From positions 11,723,080-11,787,079 of the forward strand of contig NC_068982.1 of NCBI RefSeq assembly GCF_001194135.2: 64,000 nt of DNA, read 5' to 3'. How positions within the stretch are numbered: position 1 is the first letter of the stretch; each line of letters begins with the position of its first letter. This document shows positions 1-13,356 of the stretch, in pieces. Below the pieces are notes generated by a model that saw nothing but the letters and a program-made list of their open reading frames with translations, made no database searches and was not told the DNA's origin. The stretch comes from Octopus bimaculoides (lineage: Eukaryota). The translations under genes were made by a program, and so were the position numbers.

Positions 1-227
1 TTTGGATGGAAAATTATATATTTATATGTTTTGTAGTTTTAATTTTGGTTGTGAAATGAAACAGTTTTAGGTGAATATGCTAATTAATTAATAAATTAAT
101 TTGTATCCATTAGATCTCTCTGTTTTCTGACTCAATATATTTATATATTTATATATATTTGTGTGTGTATATATATCGGTTTGTGTACATATGTATGTAT
201 CATGAATGTGAAAGAAAACTAATTTAA

Positions 228-415
228 CCCTTTAACATTTAAACTGGCCTTATCTGGCTCAAATATTTTACCTGGTCTATGTTCAAAGTAGCCATATCTG
301 GCTTCTCACTCCAACCCTACACTGTTATTCTAAAAAAAAAACACAATCACATCATTGAAATATTGAAGTTTCAAGATAATGTGAATAAATTCAAGACAAT
401 GTGAATAAATAAATA
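228..415 (+). mobile_element. piggyBac-like MITE, family P1 (my label), right-truncated
   Basis: TTAA|CCCTTTAACATTTAAACTGGCC start; body matches copies at 3955, 18167, 28248 and 54872. Confidence 0.5.
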
Positions 416-528
416 TAAAAATATGAAAATAGTCAATTTTATTTTTATGCTTAGTTATTCGTTACAATTCTTTTTATTTCTTTTCAAATTTTTATGTTTT
501 TGTATGATGGATTTGAATTTCAGCTTAC

Positions 529-568
529 CCAAGAAAGCACCAATTTCAGGACCAGCTTTGCAATGTGG
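529..568 (-). CDS. candidate 40-nt internal exon (HIAKLVLKLVLSW or PHCKAGPEIGAFL), gene unknown
   Basis: Minus strand ttattccaacag|...TGG|gtaagc; two frames open; no homology recognised. Confidence 0.2.
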
Positions 569-1053
569 CTGTTGGAATAACAACCACATGATGATATTAT
601 CTGAGATAGCCCTACACCCTATCCAGGGTGAGATTTATCTCACATCTTAATATCAAGGATATGGGGTTAAGCACTACACTTCAAAAACTGAAGCAGAACC
701 ACAAAATAATTTACTGTCAGAATGTAAACCATTGATTTAAGTAAGCTCTATAAGTGGGATGGTTTGCAAAACAAACTGTATTTGTTTCTATCATCTCAAA
801 GACAGGAAACAGATCTAATTACAAAACATTACTACAATGATGGTTTATCAATATAGTCATTTGACTTGCTATAAATAGCAACTAAATCTCACTCAGATCA
901 CAATCTGGCATCATAGAAGAAAATGTAAGAACACATTAGATTATTACGTAGTCCTAGATAAAATGATTACTGATGGAATCCCTTAAATAAATATATTTGA
1001 TGAGGGTTAACCCCTTGTCTGTCACATGTGATGCACAGGATATATATATGTAT

Positions 1054-1434
1054 GTCGTCGTCGTTTAATGTCCGTTTTCCATGCTAGCATGGGTTGGATA
1101 ATTTGACTGAGGACTGGTGAACCAGATGGCTACACCAGGCTCCAGTTTGATTTGGCAGAGTTTCTACAGCTGGATGCCCTTCCTAACGCCAACCACTCCG
1201 ACAGGGTAGTGGGTGCTTTTACATGCCACCGGCATGAAGGCCAGTCAGGCAGTACTAGCAATGGCCCCGCTCAAAATGGTGAATTTTACGTGCCACCTGC
1301 ACAGGAGCCAGTCCAGCGGCACTGGCAACGATCTCGCTCGAATGTCTTTACATGTGCCAGAAAGGCGAAGCTGGGCACAGGTGCCATCACGATTTCGCTT
1401 TTGCTTGCCCCAACAGGTCTTCACAAGCCGAGTT
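1054..1434 (-). mobile_element. 5'-truncated RTE-LINE 3' end (family B)
   Basis: Family tail ...ccaacccatgctagcatggaaa-cggac-ttaaacga(cga)n plus GC-rich gtgccaccggca repeats, shared with many copies in the window. Confidence 0.75.

Positions 1435-1500
<66 letters not shown>
1435..1500. repeat. (TA)n microsatellite
   Basis: Direct read. Confidence 0.95.
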
Positions 1501-1507
<7 letters not shown>

Positions 1508-2215
1508 TCCCAGCATTTTTCAACTGTCAGAATAACTTGGAACTTATGAAAGGAACTCTTTATATTTACTTAAAACATATGCAAGAAGGGTTGATTAAAA
1601 GTCTGAAAGCAAGCAAGGATCTTTTGGATAACCTTATGAAAATGGTTTGGACGAGCAAAGGGATAACCGGAGAATAAAGAATAACTCCCATCAAATCTAT
1701 GAAGTGATGATGGGAGAACTCTTTTGGGGGAAAAAAGATGTGTAGGTTATCACCAAGAAAAGCAATAACTGCTCCACTCTACCCATCAAAAATAACCCAC
1801 TTGTCTGAAATTCATGTTATTCTTCATATCATGTTTCAGATTTATCATTTATCTGTTGTATTCATTATATTTTATAGTCACTTTTGATGTTGGATGCACC
1901 TTTATTTGATATTTAAAAAGAGCAATAATATATAAAAAGGCCCAAAAAAACCCCCCAACAAAATGCAATCTTTTAAGAGGCATTTTCAAAATTAAAATAT
2001 AAAGATTTAAATATAACTAATAGAAATTTTAGTCAGTTTCTTAAATATCTTTTAGATATTACAAGTAATCTGATATTATAGATTATTATTAGAGTAGTCA
2101 TTGATTTTAGTCGAGTTTTGGAGTTTGTTGTAAAGCATTCAAGAAATGGTTATATTTTTTTATCAACTCTTAGATGTCCATGTTTGAAGAATTTGTAATA
2201 TTAAATGATACAACT

Positions 2216-2539
2216 ATATATNNNNNNNNNNNNNNNNNNNNNNNNNNNNNNNNNNNNNNNNNNNNNNNNNNNNNNNNNNNNNNNNNNNNNNNNNNNNNNN
2301 NNNNNNNNNNNNNNNNNNNNNNNNNNNNNNNNNNNNNNNNNNNNNNNNNNNNNNNNNNNNNNNNNNNNNNNNNNNNNNNNNNNNNNNNNNNNNNNNNNNN
2401 NNNNNNNNNNNNNNNNNNNNNNNNNNNNNNNNNNNNNNNNNNNNNNNNNNNNNNNNNNNNNNNNNNNNNNNNNNNNNNNNNNNNNNNNNNNNNNNNNNNN
2501 NNNNNNNNNNNNNNNNNNNNNNNNNNNNNNNNNNNNNNN

Positions 2540-2584
<45 letters not shown>
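2216..2584. repeat. (TA)n tract spanning an N gap
   Basis: TA repeats on both sides of the N run. Confidence 0.9.
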
Positions 2585-2588
<4 letters not shown>

Positions 2589-3377
2589 GTTTCTTGTTGT
2601 ACACCATTGTCATCATTGCTCCACTTCCAACATAGAAATTCTTCAGAAAATGAGGTGCTGCTATTTTCTTCCTGCTTGTTTGCTTGATTGATTATGTGAA
2701 TATCTGTTCTGATAACTCAGAAACTATTGAAGCTAGTGAATGCAAATATTTGATTAGTGATTAATTACTAAGCAACAGAAAAAGGGGAAGAAAATATTCC
2801 ATTTTTTTAAAAACATTTTTTTTTAGTAATTTCTTTTTATTAATAAGGTCTATAATTTCAACTACTTCAAGAAGTTAGTTACTAATTGAGCAAAGTGCCT
2901 GAAATTTTAGACTTTATACTCTTAATGGCAGTTGAACTTGTCGACCTTCTAGGATATCCTGCTGCCAATACTGATCCTCTCAATTTCCTAGATTCCCAGA
3001 CCTTATGGTATTTTTGACATTAAATATGTTGTCTGACTCTTCTCAATTCAGTGTGTTCTACACCAGGCAAGCTATTGGCTGTACATATTCACATGTATAT
3101 AGCGACAGGAAACTACATTTTAGATATAAATATCTATAATAGTTAGTTCTGTAAAATGTAAATAGATACTGACTTAGCTGGTAGAAAAATATGTAAATGT
3201 AAAGAAATAAAATAACTGAGTTATAAAATTCCTTTTTGTTTTTATTTAATAGATTTTTTGGTTAATATTGTGTCAAATATTCTAATTGCATAACTCTGGG
3301 AGTAAGTATGCTGCTCATTGAATGTAACTTTTAAACATTTCTATGATTAGCAGCTTTGTGAAAATAATGTCTGACTA

Positions 3378-3630
3378 TTCATCATCGTCATCATCGTCCG
3401 CTTTCCATGCTAGCATGGGTTGGACGATTTGACTGAGGACTGGCGAACCAGATGTCTGCACCAGACTCCAATNNNNNNNNNNTGGCGAACCAGATGTCTG
3501 CACCAGACTCCAATCTGATCTGGCAGAGTTTCTACAGCTGGATGCCCTTCTTAATGCCAACCACTCCGAGTGTGTAGTGGGTGCTTTTACATGCCACTGG
3601 CACGAGGGCCAATCTGGCGGTACTGGCAAC
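3378..3630 (-). mobile_element. RTE-LINE 3' end (family B) with a 10-N gap
   Basis: (atc)n tail, ctttccatgctagcatggg, gatgcccttc...gagtgtgtagtgggtgcttttac. Confidence 0.75.
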
Positions 3631-3646
3631 AATTAAACACACACAC

Positions 3647-3835
3647 AAGCATAGTCATGGGCATGTGGTTAAGAAGTTCACTTTCCGACAGTGTCATTTT
3701 GAGTTCAATCCCACAGTGCACCACTTTGGGCAAGTGTCTTCTGCTGTTATCCCTGACCAACCAAAATGTGTTCTGATTTGGTTGCCAGAAACTGAAAAAG
3801 AAGCCCATTACTTGTGGATGTGTGTGTGTGTGTGG
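3647..3835 (+). mobile_element. tRNA-headed SINE family A, 5' half, old
   Basis: A/B-box-like head (gcatgtggttaag...gagttcaatccc), tttgggcaagtgtcttct core, then (TG)n. Confidence 0.6.
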
Positions 3836-3954
3836 GGGGGGGGCTGTAAATGCATGTGTCCATGCATATGTGCACGTGTGCATTTACACTTGCTGCTCTC
3901 TCATTCGAAGTCATAATGATAGCATGATGTTCTGTTGACATTTCTCCTCTTTAG

Positions 3955-4175
3955 CCCTTTCAGCATTCAAATTATTCTGTCAAATGTATTGCTTGTTGAT
4001 TCATATCTAAAAGAAGATTGAATATGCATTGTCTCATAGCTTTAAGATTTCAATGATGCGATCGTTTATTTTTAGAATGACATTGTCGGGTAGGTGTGAG
4101 AGGCTGCATTTGACCAATCTAAACAAAACAAATAATATATTTGGGCCAGATATGGTTGGTTTAAATGCTAAAGGG
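3955..4175 (-). mobile_element. piggyBac-like MITE P1
   Basis: Termini CCCTTTCAGCATT...AATGCTAAAGGG form inverted repeats. Confidence 0.65.
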
Positions 4176-4582
4176 TGAAATTGCCCATCTGTCTTATAAC
4201 TTCAGTCATGTGGTGTAAGAAGCCCCTTACTCAAAGAATAGGTAAATATTAGCACTAGGAAGTGTATATCCAGTTATACCTAAAACATTACCTTAGTAAT
4301 ATACTTGTCCCTCCCATGCTAGCTTAGAAAAGCAGTCATGAAACAAACACATATATATATATATACATATGTTTGTTTGTTATATATATTATTTTCCTTA
4401 GTAACAAAGTGTAGTACCCATGATGTCTAAGAACAACAAGATTATGTATTTCTGCATACACAAACACGCATACACACACATATATTTATTTGCACTTCAT
4501 AGTGGAGGTACACAAGCATACGTTTGATGAAATAGATCTACATTGAGAAATAATGATAATATATTTCCATTTGCTTTATGAA

Positions 4583-4619
<37 letters not shown>

Positions 4620-5246
4620 TTGTGAAAGAGTATTGTAACTTAGCTAGCTATAAGATACTGTAATTTCTGAAAGCAAACAAAGAAATATGCCTGCTCTTTC
4701 AGAAGAGAACAGGTAAAATCAATAATGTGTATGAAGCCAAATCATTTGAAATGGAGAATTTATTGGCTTGACCCAGAACTTATCTTTTATCTTGATCACT
4801 ATTATCATACATTTCAGATAATCAGATTGTATTTAATTTTAAGAGACGATTCTTTGATAATGAATACTAGGTACTTGGGAAGCATTATACTCTATCTGTT
4901 TTTATCTTTGAGGCTATGGAAACTAGAAACAAAAGCAGTAATGCTTCATGATCAGATACTGTCAGCGAGGTACTGTTTAATGAGTTTTAAAAATAAAAAT
5001 ATTCAACTAGATCAATAACTTATAATGAAAAGATATTCTCGTTAGTAAAACAAAAATTAATATCTAAGTCAAACTGAAACATAAAGAACAATTGACAGAC
5101 ACAAATACCTTGAGACATTTCTGAACTTTAAATAAATACAGCAACCTTGGAAAATTCTGTTTAAAAGCCAATATACAATCATTCATGGGAAAATGAATGA
5201 TTTCATTCTAGTAAGTCCATCATTTCAACTTCATTATTTTGATCAT

Positions 5247-5318
5247 ATATATAAATGTGTGTGTGTGTGTGTACATACAAATATATATTATATTATATAT
5301 ATACATATATTATATATT

Positions 5319-5350
<32 letters not shown>

Positions 5351-5409
5351 NNNNNNNNNNNNNNNNNNNNNNNNNNNNNNNNNNNNNNNNNNNNNTTATA
5401 TTGTATATT

Positions 5410-5440
<31 letters not shown>

Positions 5441-5580
5441 CTATAATATCTATGATATATATATATAATATATATTATATAATATATTATATATATATAT
5501 ATTATATATATAATATATATTATATATATTATATTATATATATATATTATATATATTATATTATATGTATTATATTTTAT
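5247..5580. repeat. compound (TG)n/(TA)n/(TAT) microsatellite with gap
   Basis: Direct read. Confidence 0.9.
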
Positions 5581-5917
5581 ATTTTGTTGTTGATGATTAG
5601 AAACAAAAGGAGCCACAATTACAGCAAGGCATCCATTCCATCAAGCAAAGGGTGTGTTAATTTATTTGATAAGTGATTCTTGCAGGACTACTTCTCTAAG
5701 AGTCACTTATCACTATAATCCTGCTGAGGTCAATAAAATAAAGTAGCAGTCAAGTACAGAGGTTGATGGTATTAAAATGAAAACACTTTCCTAAATTGCT
5801 CGCCTTGTGAACTAATCAGAATCATTTAATATATATGTGTTTATGTGTGTGTTAAATAAAATGAGACAACAAAGCCAAGGCAGTGTGAAATTTCTAGGAC
5901 ATTTATAAAGAGAAAGG

Positions 5918-5968
5918 TAGCCTTACAGCTGTTTCAGGGATATGAAGGATATCACATCATCAGAGACG
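5918..5968 (-). ncRNA. minimal hammerhead-ribozyme-like motif (Penelope type), degenerate helix II
   Basis: Minus strand gtct-CTGATGA-tgtgatat ccttc atatccct-GAA-ACAGCTGT-A-aggc; intact core, palindromic helix III, GUA site, 4-bp helix I. Confidence 0.55.
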
Positions 5969-6113
5969 ATATGAGAGAGTTAAATAGAAGGAAAAAGGTA
6001 GTGTTCGATATAAGAAGTCATTTTGGAAAGGGAGAGATATAAGAAGTATAAAGAGAAATATGAGAATAAAAATAAATGTTTGATGTTACCGTTGCAGTTC
6101 CATTATCCAGAGT

Positions 6114-6181
<68 letters not shown>

Positions 6182-6221
6182 NNNNNNNNNNGTGTGTGTG
6201 TATGTGTGTGTGTGTGTGTGT
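6114..6221. repeat. (TG)n microsatellite with gap
   Basis: Direct read. Confidence 0.95.
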
Positions 6222-6304
6222 AAATATAAGATCCAAGGATCGAGGTGTAGGAAGAAAGTTAGTTTCAAGCAATCTGTATTTTATTGATTCCATTCCTTAA
6301 CTCC

Positions 6305-6335
<31 letters not shown>

Positions 6336-7439
6336 CTGTGTGTAGATATATACATGTATGTATAGTAATGTTTTGCATGAGACAATGGTCAACTATTCAG
6401 TAATTGGTACAAGCATAGTACAATTACTGATTGGTTTGGTAGTTTCCAATGCTTAACCTAAATTCTTCTATTAGAGTTGATTTACACTGTGATGGACCTA
6501 CCTAGGCTAATTTGTTTACCATACTCTGTATTAAGACAAAGATATTCTGCATGAAAAACCAGCACCAACTATAAAATTCTTTACATTGAAAATTCTTAAT
6601 ATTTATAAAAGGTTTTATTTATTGTATTTGCCTGCTACATTTAATATAGAGAATTACATGATTCTTTTGCATAGCTTCTGCAATTTTAACATCATTAGAA
6701 TTTGTTTGCTGCTATCCACTTTATATCTAAAAGGTTGCATTTGATGGTTATAGCAAGCAAAACACAGAGCTATGGCTGTGATATCTGATATGCTAAGTGC
6801 TCAGTGTTGGATATGACTCTTATCAACATTTAGCTTCATTATACTGTAATTTATCTCAATTGCTTTTATTTCTGTACATCTGGTTATAAAATAAATAACA
6901 AAAGCTATATCCTTTTTGATTATACATTTTAAAAAGGAAGCTGAAAATCTGTCTTAAATTAAGTACCATTCTATCAGGCAAAAGACTAGTCCTTCCTCTT
7001 TCTGAAAGGGAGAGATCTGAATGGTATGGATGGTATATGCCTAACTTCTCACAGGGCCAAAAATATTAATGTTCTAATTACTTTCAACCAACCTTTGATA
7101 TAGTTAAGTTACTAATATACCAGTCTTTGAAATTCTAAATTCTTTCCTCTTTATTAGATGAAAGTGTTTATCCAATTTTACCATCATTTCTAAAATTGGC
7201 TATCACAATTCTTTCCTTCAGTATCTTCTGAAAATAGGGGAAATATCAAAAAGTAAAAGTGAGCTTCTATTGTTGCTAGGATTCCCTTTGAATCAATTAC
7301 ACTCTGCACATTAGTCAGCCTACACTGGCAGCCAATAGAAGTATGTTATACGCAAGGATAATACTTTAACTCCTTCTTACTTGATTGATCTTTTTCCATT
7401 CGTTTCTCCTAATGTATTTCAATCTTTACCCAATACCAG

Positions 7440-7560
7440 TTAGCAACATTCATGTGGGAAAACCACAAAGTAAATTATGGCTCCAAAATATGGAATGCAC
7501 TGTTAGCAGCCATTAGGAAAATCTCTGAGTTCAAAAAGGAATTGAAGAACCTTCCTTTGT
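7440..7560 (+). mobile_element. CR1/L2-like LINE C-terminal relic
   Basis: Manual translation NYGSKIWNALLAAIR...FKKELKN resembles the G.KLWN.LP...FK..LK ending of these LINEs. Confidence 0.35.
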
Positions 7561-7951
7561 TTTAAATCAAATTATTATTTTCTGTATCAAAGATAATTCA
7601 CTTTTACTACCTGACATAATTGAATGTACTAAGACACTACTGTTAAAAACATACATAGTTTATTGTCATTGTGTCAAATATTCAAAGTACACCAATAATG
7701 TCTCCAATTATGTCTATGAGGGGAAGTACCGTAGTCCTGATCAGCAGCTGGAAACATCCACTTTTAAATCAATAATCCTCTGTGACTGCTCCTTATTTTT
7801 TCTTTTTCTTTTTTTTTTCTTTTAAATATCCAAAATAATAATTTCCTAGAAAATTAATCATTAACGTTTGACACTTTTCATAGACAACTTTTCTTCAGAT
7901 TTTGTTGTTAGTAAAAATGTAGTTTTGTAGTCTTTATGGCTTATTCTACAA

Positions 7952-8310
7952 TAGAGGTTCTCAACCCATTTTGGCCAAAGCCCCCTTTTGACCCTTGGTG
8001 TCACAAATGGCCACCCTAGAAAATATTTTTATTTTTCAATATACTACTTATTTTAATATCAGCAGATAATGATTAAAAAATAAAGGACATTGTTTTACAT
8101 ATGCACTTGTATGCAGTCTGGAGTACAAACTGAAATGCCAAAAAACGAAATAATGAATTGAAAGTTTGGTAATTGCATTTATTTCTACCATGTGACACTT
8201 ATGAGATCAACATGTTGTCTATCGATAGAGTGCACTTTGGTACAAGAGAGCCCCTTTGCTCCAAAATTCCCCCCTCGAGCTCCAAATGGCCCTCCTGTTG
8301 AAAACCTTTG
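7952..8310. mobile_element. hAT-type MITE with 8-bp TSD
   Basis: TIRs tagaggttctcaac / gttgaaaacctttg; TSD ttctacaa at 7944-7951 and 8311-8318. Confidence 0.8.
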
Positions 8311-8482
8311 TTCTACAACAACACATTCATTCATGTTTTTCATTTTATCCAAATACTTCAAAAACAGAATTTTTTAAAGAATTGCACTGCAACTCTTAGG
8401 CACTTCCAATCATTTTCTACCTATTGACCCTTTTGATTCTTATTTTACTCTACTGGAGCCACATAACTATTCAATTTATTTA

Positions 8483-8686
8483 TTTATTCTTTTATTCTTT
8501 TACTTGTTTCAGTCATTTGACTGTGGCCATGCTGGAGCACCATCTTTAGTTGAACAAATCGATCCTAGGATTTATTCTTTGTAAGCCTAGTACTTATTCT
8601 GTCAGTCTCTTTTGCTGAACCACTAAGGTACAGGGATGTAACATCGGTTGTCAAGCGATGTTGGGGGCACAAGTACAGACACACAA

Positions 8687-8754
<68 letters not shown>

Positions 8755-8917
8755 GAAGGGCTTCTTTCAGTTTCCGTCTACCAAATCCACTCACAAGGTT
8801 TTGGTCAGCCCAAGGCTATAGTAGAAGACACTTGCCCAAGGTGCCACACAGTGGAACTGAACTCAGAACCATTTGGCTGGGAAACAAGCTACTTACCACA
8901 CAGCCACACCTGCACCT
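8483..8917 (-). mobile_element. SINE family A, full length
   Basis: tRNA-like head at right end, internal (CA)n, taaaagaa-type tail at left. Confidence 0.85.
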
Positions 8918-9019
8918 TTGTTTATAATTAGGAATTATATTAAATAAATTGTTAAAACATTTTATGTATTGTTGGAATGTAAGTAATTCATTGCAGATAA
9001 ATTTTGACAACAAAATCTT

Positions 9020-9104
9020 ATATGGATCCTCCAAGGATCATATGGATCCTCCAAGGATCATATGGATCCCTAAGGGTCAGATGGACCGTAGTTGAGAACT
9101 ACTG
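9020..9104. repeat. 20-bp tandem repeat (about 3 copies) ending in a hAT-like terminus
   Basis: tatggatcctccaaggatca x2 plus a degenerate third copy, then gttgagaactactg. Confidence 0.6.
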
Positions 9105-10950
9105 GCCTTTATGGTAAGACTTTTGGTGAAGTTACTCTACAACCCAGGTTTGATTCCTGATTGCTATTTCTCTGGGAAAGGTATGAACCTCACAATTCCT
9201 AAGGTTAATTACCTATTCCTCATTAATGACCAACTAGCTAATTATAATTTTATTTTATAATGCCATCATTGAAATTATCAAAAGTCCCTTTGAGATTTTC
9301 TAATTTACTTTGTTTTAAAACATTTTGTTTATTCTCTAAGAACTAACAATAGTTTTTCACAACTGTTATCTTTAACTGTCACAACTCAATACACATCAGT
9401 TTCTCATATATTCATTACCAGCTTTGAGGCCACCCTTCTGGTTGTATTCAGGCTGGTTCCTGCAGAGGGCACCTTTGAGCTCTTTGGCTCCACTATTGTG
9501 CCACTTTGCAGCCCTTTGTGTAATGAAACTTATTTCTGCAAATGTGCTAAGCACTGATGCTCATCATAGTTTAATCAATAAGCATAGGAGCAAGGTAAAG
9601 GCAGTAAAAATAGGGGGTCAGTGAGACCCCAATTAGGTGGCCCCTTAGGACATTCCCTGGGATTAGAGGAATTGCTGGTTTGAGTTTCATTGTCCTTGCA
9701 CCAACGGTCTAGGAGGAGTTAACGAACATAGAAATGTAATGGACAGAGAAACCTCACTCAAATTTATATTAAGATTACAATGAAATATTAATGTGATGGG
9801 TTAGCAGAAGAGTTGGGGTATTCATTGTGGCATGTGTTCCATCGCTTTATGATCTAAGTTCAAATGCTGCTGGGGTCAACTTTGCCTTGGTGGGTGAAAG
9901 TGTCAGAAATGATGTATAAGACAAATGTTTGCTGTTGATGTAATTGACTGATACCCTATCCTCAAAATTATTGGACTTATTTATGGCTGTTAGAAATTAT
10001 TATAACAATGAAATATTGTAATAAACAATTATTTTAAGATAATTGTTTATCACAATATCTCATTGTGACAATAATCTGAAACACTTATTCTTCTCTTGGA
10101 ACAAAGCCTATTATTTCACTGTAGTGTAGTTGTGATTTGAAACCGAACTGCTAAGTAGCCAGTTAGACATTATGATCAAACCACAGCAGTTTTCATGTGA
10201 TTGGTTTATTAAGTAATCAATCAGTCAAGCCATCACATGATTCAATTTTCTAGAAATTTCTCTTGTACAAAGGTGGGTTTTAGTGGTAATAGCAGAACAC
10301 TGAGGCAGCCACACATTGTGTCTCCATTCTCATCTCCACATCCAACAGATTAAAACAGATGGCAGATAGCAGACAGTAATTTTTGTCACCATGAATACAA
10401 CACAATTATTTCCCAGTTATGATTAGGCCAGCCACAGATTGCTATATCAGTAAACTTGTTGTAGACTCCAAGCAGTATGTTTCTCTCTCTGCCTGAATGT
10501 AATTATTGCTGTTAGTATTTGTAAAAGACCAACTCAGTCAAAACTCTGTGTGCAGTAATAAAATTTTCCATTAATTGTTTGTGGGTGTTGTCAGTTATTT
10601 CTTCACATGTTCCCTGAGAAATACATTTCCATGCAGCAATTCAGTCAGCCATCACTTCAGACCAGCTAACAACAACAAGAAGAACAAACAGCAACCACAC
10701 TGACACAACTTACAACAATAGTATAACTGTTTCCAAAGAATCCAACAGATTTTGATTAGCTCTTGGTCAAATATAGCAACGGATCAAACTTCCTTTTGTT
10801 CTGTCCTTAACCTCCTTACTAAATTCGACTAATCTTTTTTGTTTCATGACTGTCACATGATATTTTAATAACAGTGAAGTCCTATATTCAATTCCTAGCT
10901 TTCTATTTCTGTTTCATAAACTATTTCCTGACTCAGTACTCTAATACCAC

Positions 10951-10990
10951 CTGAAAATGTCAATATATTCTTTTGTATATATCAACTTAT
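10951..10990 (-). CDS. candidate 40-nt internal exon (DKLIYTKEYIDIF), gene unknown
   Basis: Minus strand ttttttttttctttctcag|ATAAG...TTCAG|gtggta; one frame open; phase compatible with 529-568. Confidence 0.28.
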
Positions 10991-11690
10991 CTGAGAAAGA
11001 AAAAAAAAATGTTTTCAAGAAAACATAAACAGTGCTATTTTTGTTTGATTTATCCATTGTGCAATAGACAGGATTTTTTTTTCATCTTATATTATAAATT
11101 GATTTTACAGAGAAGTTGTATTAGCACACTACTGAGTTTATAAAATAACTTTAATTATTAATTTTCTGCTTCTCTTTCAAATTCATTAGCCTAGTATTAT
11201 GCTACGATCTAGAAAGCTGTAGAATACCTGTCTTGATATATTACAGCATCATGTTTGATATTTTATTCTTTTGTGTGTAAATAATGCCAGATTCAAAACT
11301 GCAATAGGGTTAATTAAATCAACATTTATTCTCTATGCATATGACAAAAAAAAAAAAAAAAAAAAAAAAAAATATTGTACTAGGACCAAAGCAAACTTTA
11401 TTCTATAAATTTGCATGACTTGAAATGTGAATTGTCTTAATTTGATTTTATGTCCATTGGACTAAATAGAAGTAGTGGTAGGGGGGAGTAACTGAGTGGA
11501 TAAGTTATTACGATGTTGATCTAACATCTCATAATCCATGATTTCAGATCAATTGCATGCAGTTTATGTCTCTGGATTTCACACATTTTTTACTATTAAT
11601 TTACTTAGCTCTCCAGAATAGGTACCAGAACATTTGGGAATGTCATCTGATGTATAACTGGTATGGCTTTATGCAGATTATGTGGTTCTA

Positions 11691-12230
11691 TGAGGGGGTG
11701 CTGAAAGGTTCCTGGCTTTGGATAAAAGAAAATACAGGAGGACCAGTTTATCATGATTTTATTCAACATACTCCCCTCTCAGATTCACACATTTATTGCA
11801 GCAGTCCTTCAGTTTTTCTAAGCCCTGTAAAAGAACTCAGAAGGTTGGGCCACCAACTAAGCCTTTCGTGATACCCTTAACCCATAAAGCGCTGGGATTT
11901 GCACTTACATAGCATAGACTGCTGAGCACATTTTATGAAAATGAGACTACCATGCACACATAAAAAACAAAAAAATAGTTAAAATATCTTCTTAGTATGT
12001 AATGGTAGCAAGTTTTACATTATCTGAAAAGTCATTAGTTGAACTATTAGTCCTCTTGCATTCTGGGGGGTATCGGAGCATTTGAGTGACATTAGACCCC
12101 AACAAATGCTCATAAATTAAATGCACCTATCTGGGCCATGATCGTGGCTTGTCGACTTGTGCCTGACAGCCACGATTGTGGCCCATCGTGCTTTATGTGT
12201 TAAAGCCAGGAACTTTTCAGCACTCCCTCA
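11691..12230. mobile_element. Tc1/mariner-type MITE, interrupted
   Basis: TA|tgagggggtgctgaaaggttcctggctt ... agccaggaacttttcagcactccctca|TA; uninterrupted copy at 24382-24599. Confidence 0.85.
11881..12199. mobile_element. piggyBac-like non-autonomous element nested in the mariner MITE
   Basis: TTAA at 11877-11880 and 12200-12203; termini cccataaagcgc / gtgctttatgtg. Confidence 0.8.
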
Positions 12231-13015
12231 TAAATATTATTCCCTCCAAAATTATAAGTAACCAATAAATCAACTATGAATTAAAATTGATGCATTTTAG
12301 GTTTGGTAATTATATAAGGTCAGTATGACCTTTTGGTTGTTCAGTATATAGAAACTTGCTCACTTGGTTTCCTTGTATGTCACCTTGTTGAACTCAATAT
12401 GTTATTAACATTTAGATCTTCAGTCTGTTTTAGCCAAAACAGGCTATGCTGAAGCCCTACCTTCAGTGTCTTCATACTGTAAAATATTTCTTTTCACAAT
12501 GATATTGATTTGTTTTATGGTATTAAGAAAACAATTTCAGACCAACTTTGTACACATTGGAATAGCACACAAAATGGAGTGCTGATTTCAGTTTAGTTTC
12601 ACTCATAATGTTCTGTAATAAAATCTCAGTAAAATAAATTCTGCCCCTTTTGTCGTGTAAAGGAATACCAGTTGTACATTGAGTCAATCCAATTAATTAA
12701 ACTCTCTTCAATTCTAATATTGATTTTGTTGTGAGCCAGAAATGAGACTGTTAAGGTAGAAAATAAAATTTTTTAAGATTCATGGTCTTGGTTTAAAAGT
12801 ATTTTTAAATATTTGAAGAACTTTTAAGAAATAATTAAATCTTGCATTATCAATTTCAAAAAGTTGAACTGGGAGAATTTTTCACATACTGGGCAAAATG
12901 CTTACTTTCAAAGCTAGATCTATGCATCGGAATGACTTTTGAGTAATTGAGGAAACAACAACTTGAATACATTATTTACATTTGATGGATATTTGTCCTC
13001 ATCTTGTTTGTCGTT

Positions 13016-13061
13016 AACACAATGTTTCAGCTGATATACCCTCCAGCCTTCATCAAGTGTC
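13016..13061 (-). ncRNA. hammerhead-like motif, left arm (C3 to T)
   Basis: gacac-TTGATGA-a-ggctg gagggtatat cagct-GAAA-catt-gtgtt. Confidence 0.5.
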
Positions 13062-13272
13062 TTGGGGAAATTTCGAACCTGGGCTCTCATTCCTAAGGTA
13101 TTTTTCGATGTTGTTATTATTATTATTATTATTATTCAGGTTCCTGCCTGGAATTGAACTTGGAATCTTGGGGTTAGTAGCCTGCGCTCTTAACCACTAT
13201 GCCATATGTCTGTAGTGGTTAAGTGTGTGGGTTACTAACCTCAAGATTCCAAGTTCAATTACAGGCAGGGAT

Positions 13273-13309
<37 letters not shown>

Positions 13310-13356
13310 TCGAAAAATACCTTAGGAATGACAACCCAGGTTTGAAATTTCCCCAA

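Noticed and set aside
11312-11379. ATTAAA plus an A26 tract as a retrocopy 3' end, with aaatattgta at 10011 as a TSD
   Set aside because: No recognisable parent sequence upstream, and an AT-rich 10-mer match chosen after the fact is weak evidence.
13149-13208. tRNA-like heads (also at about 21110-21175 and 61730-61799) as tRNA genes
   Set aside because: They have A/B boxes but no complete acceptor stem and run directly into SINE bodies.
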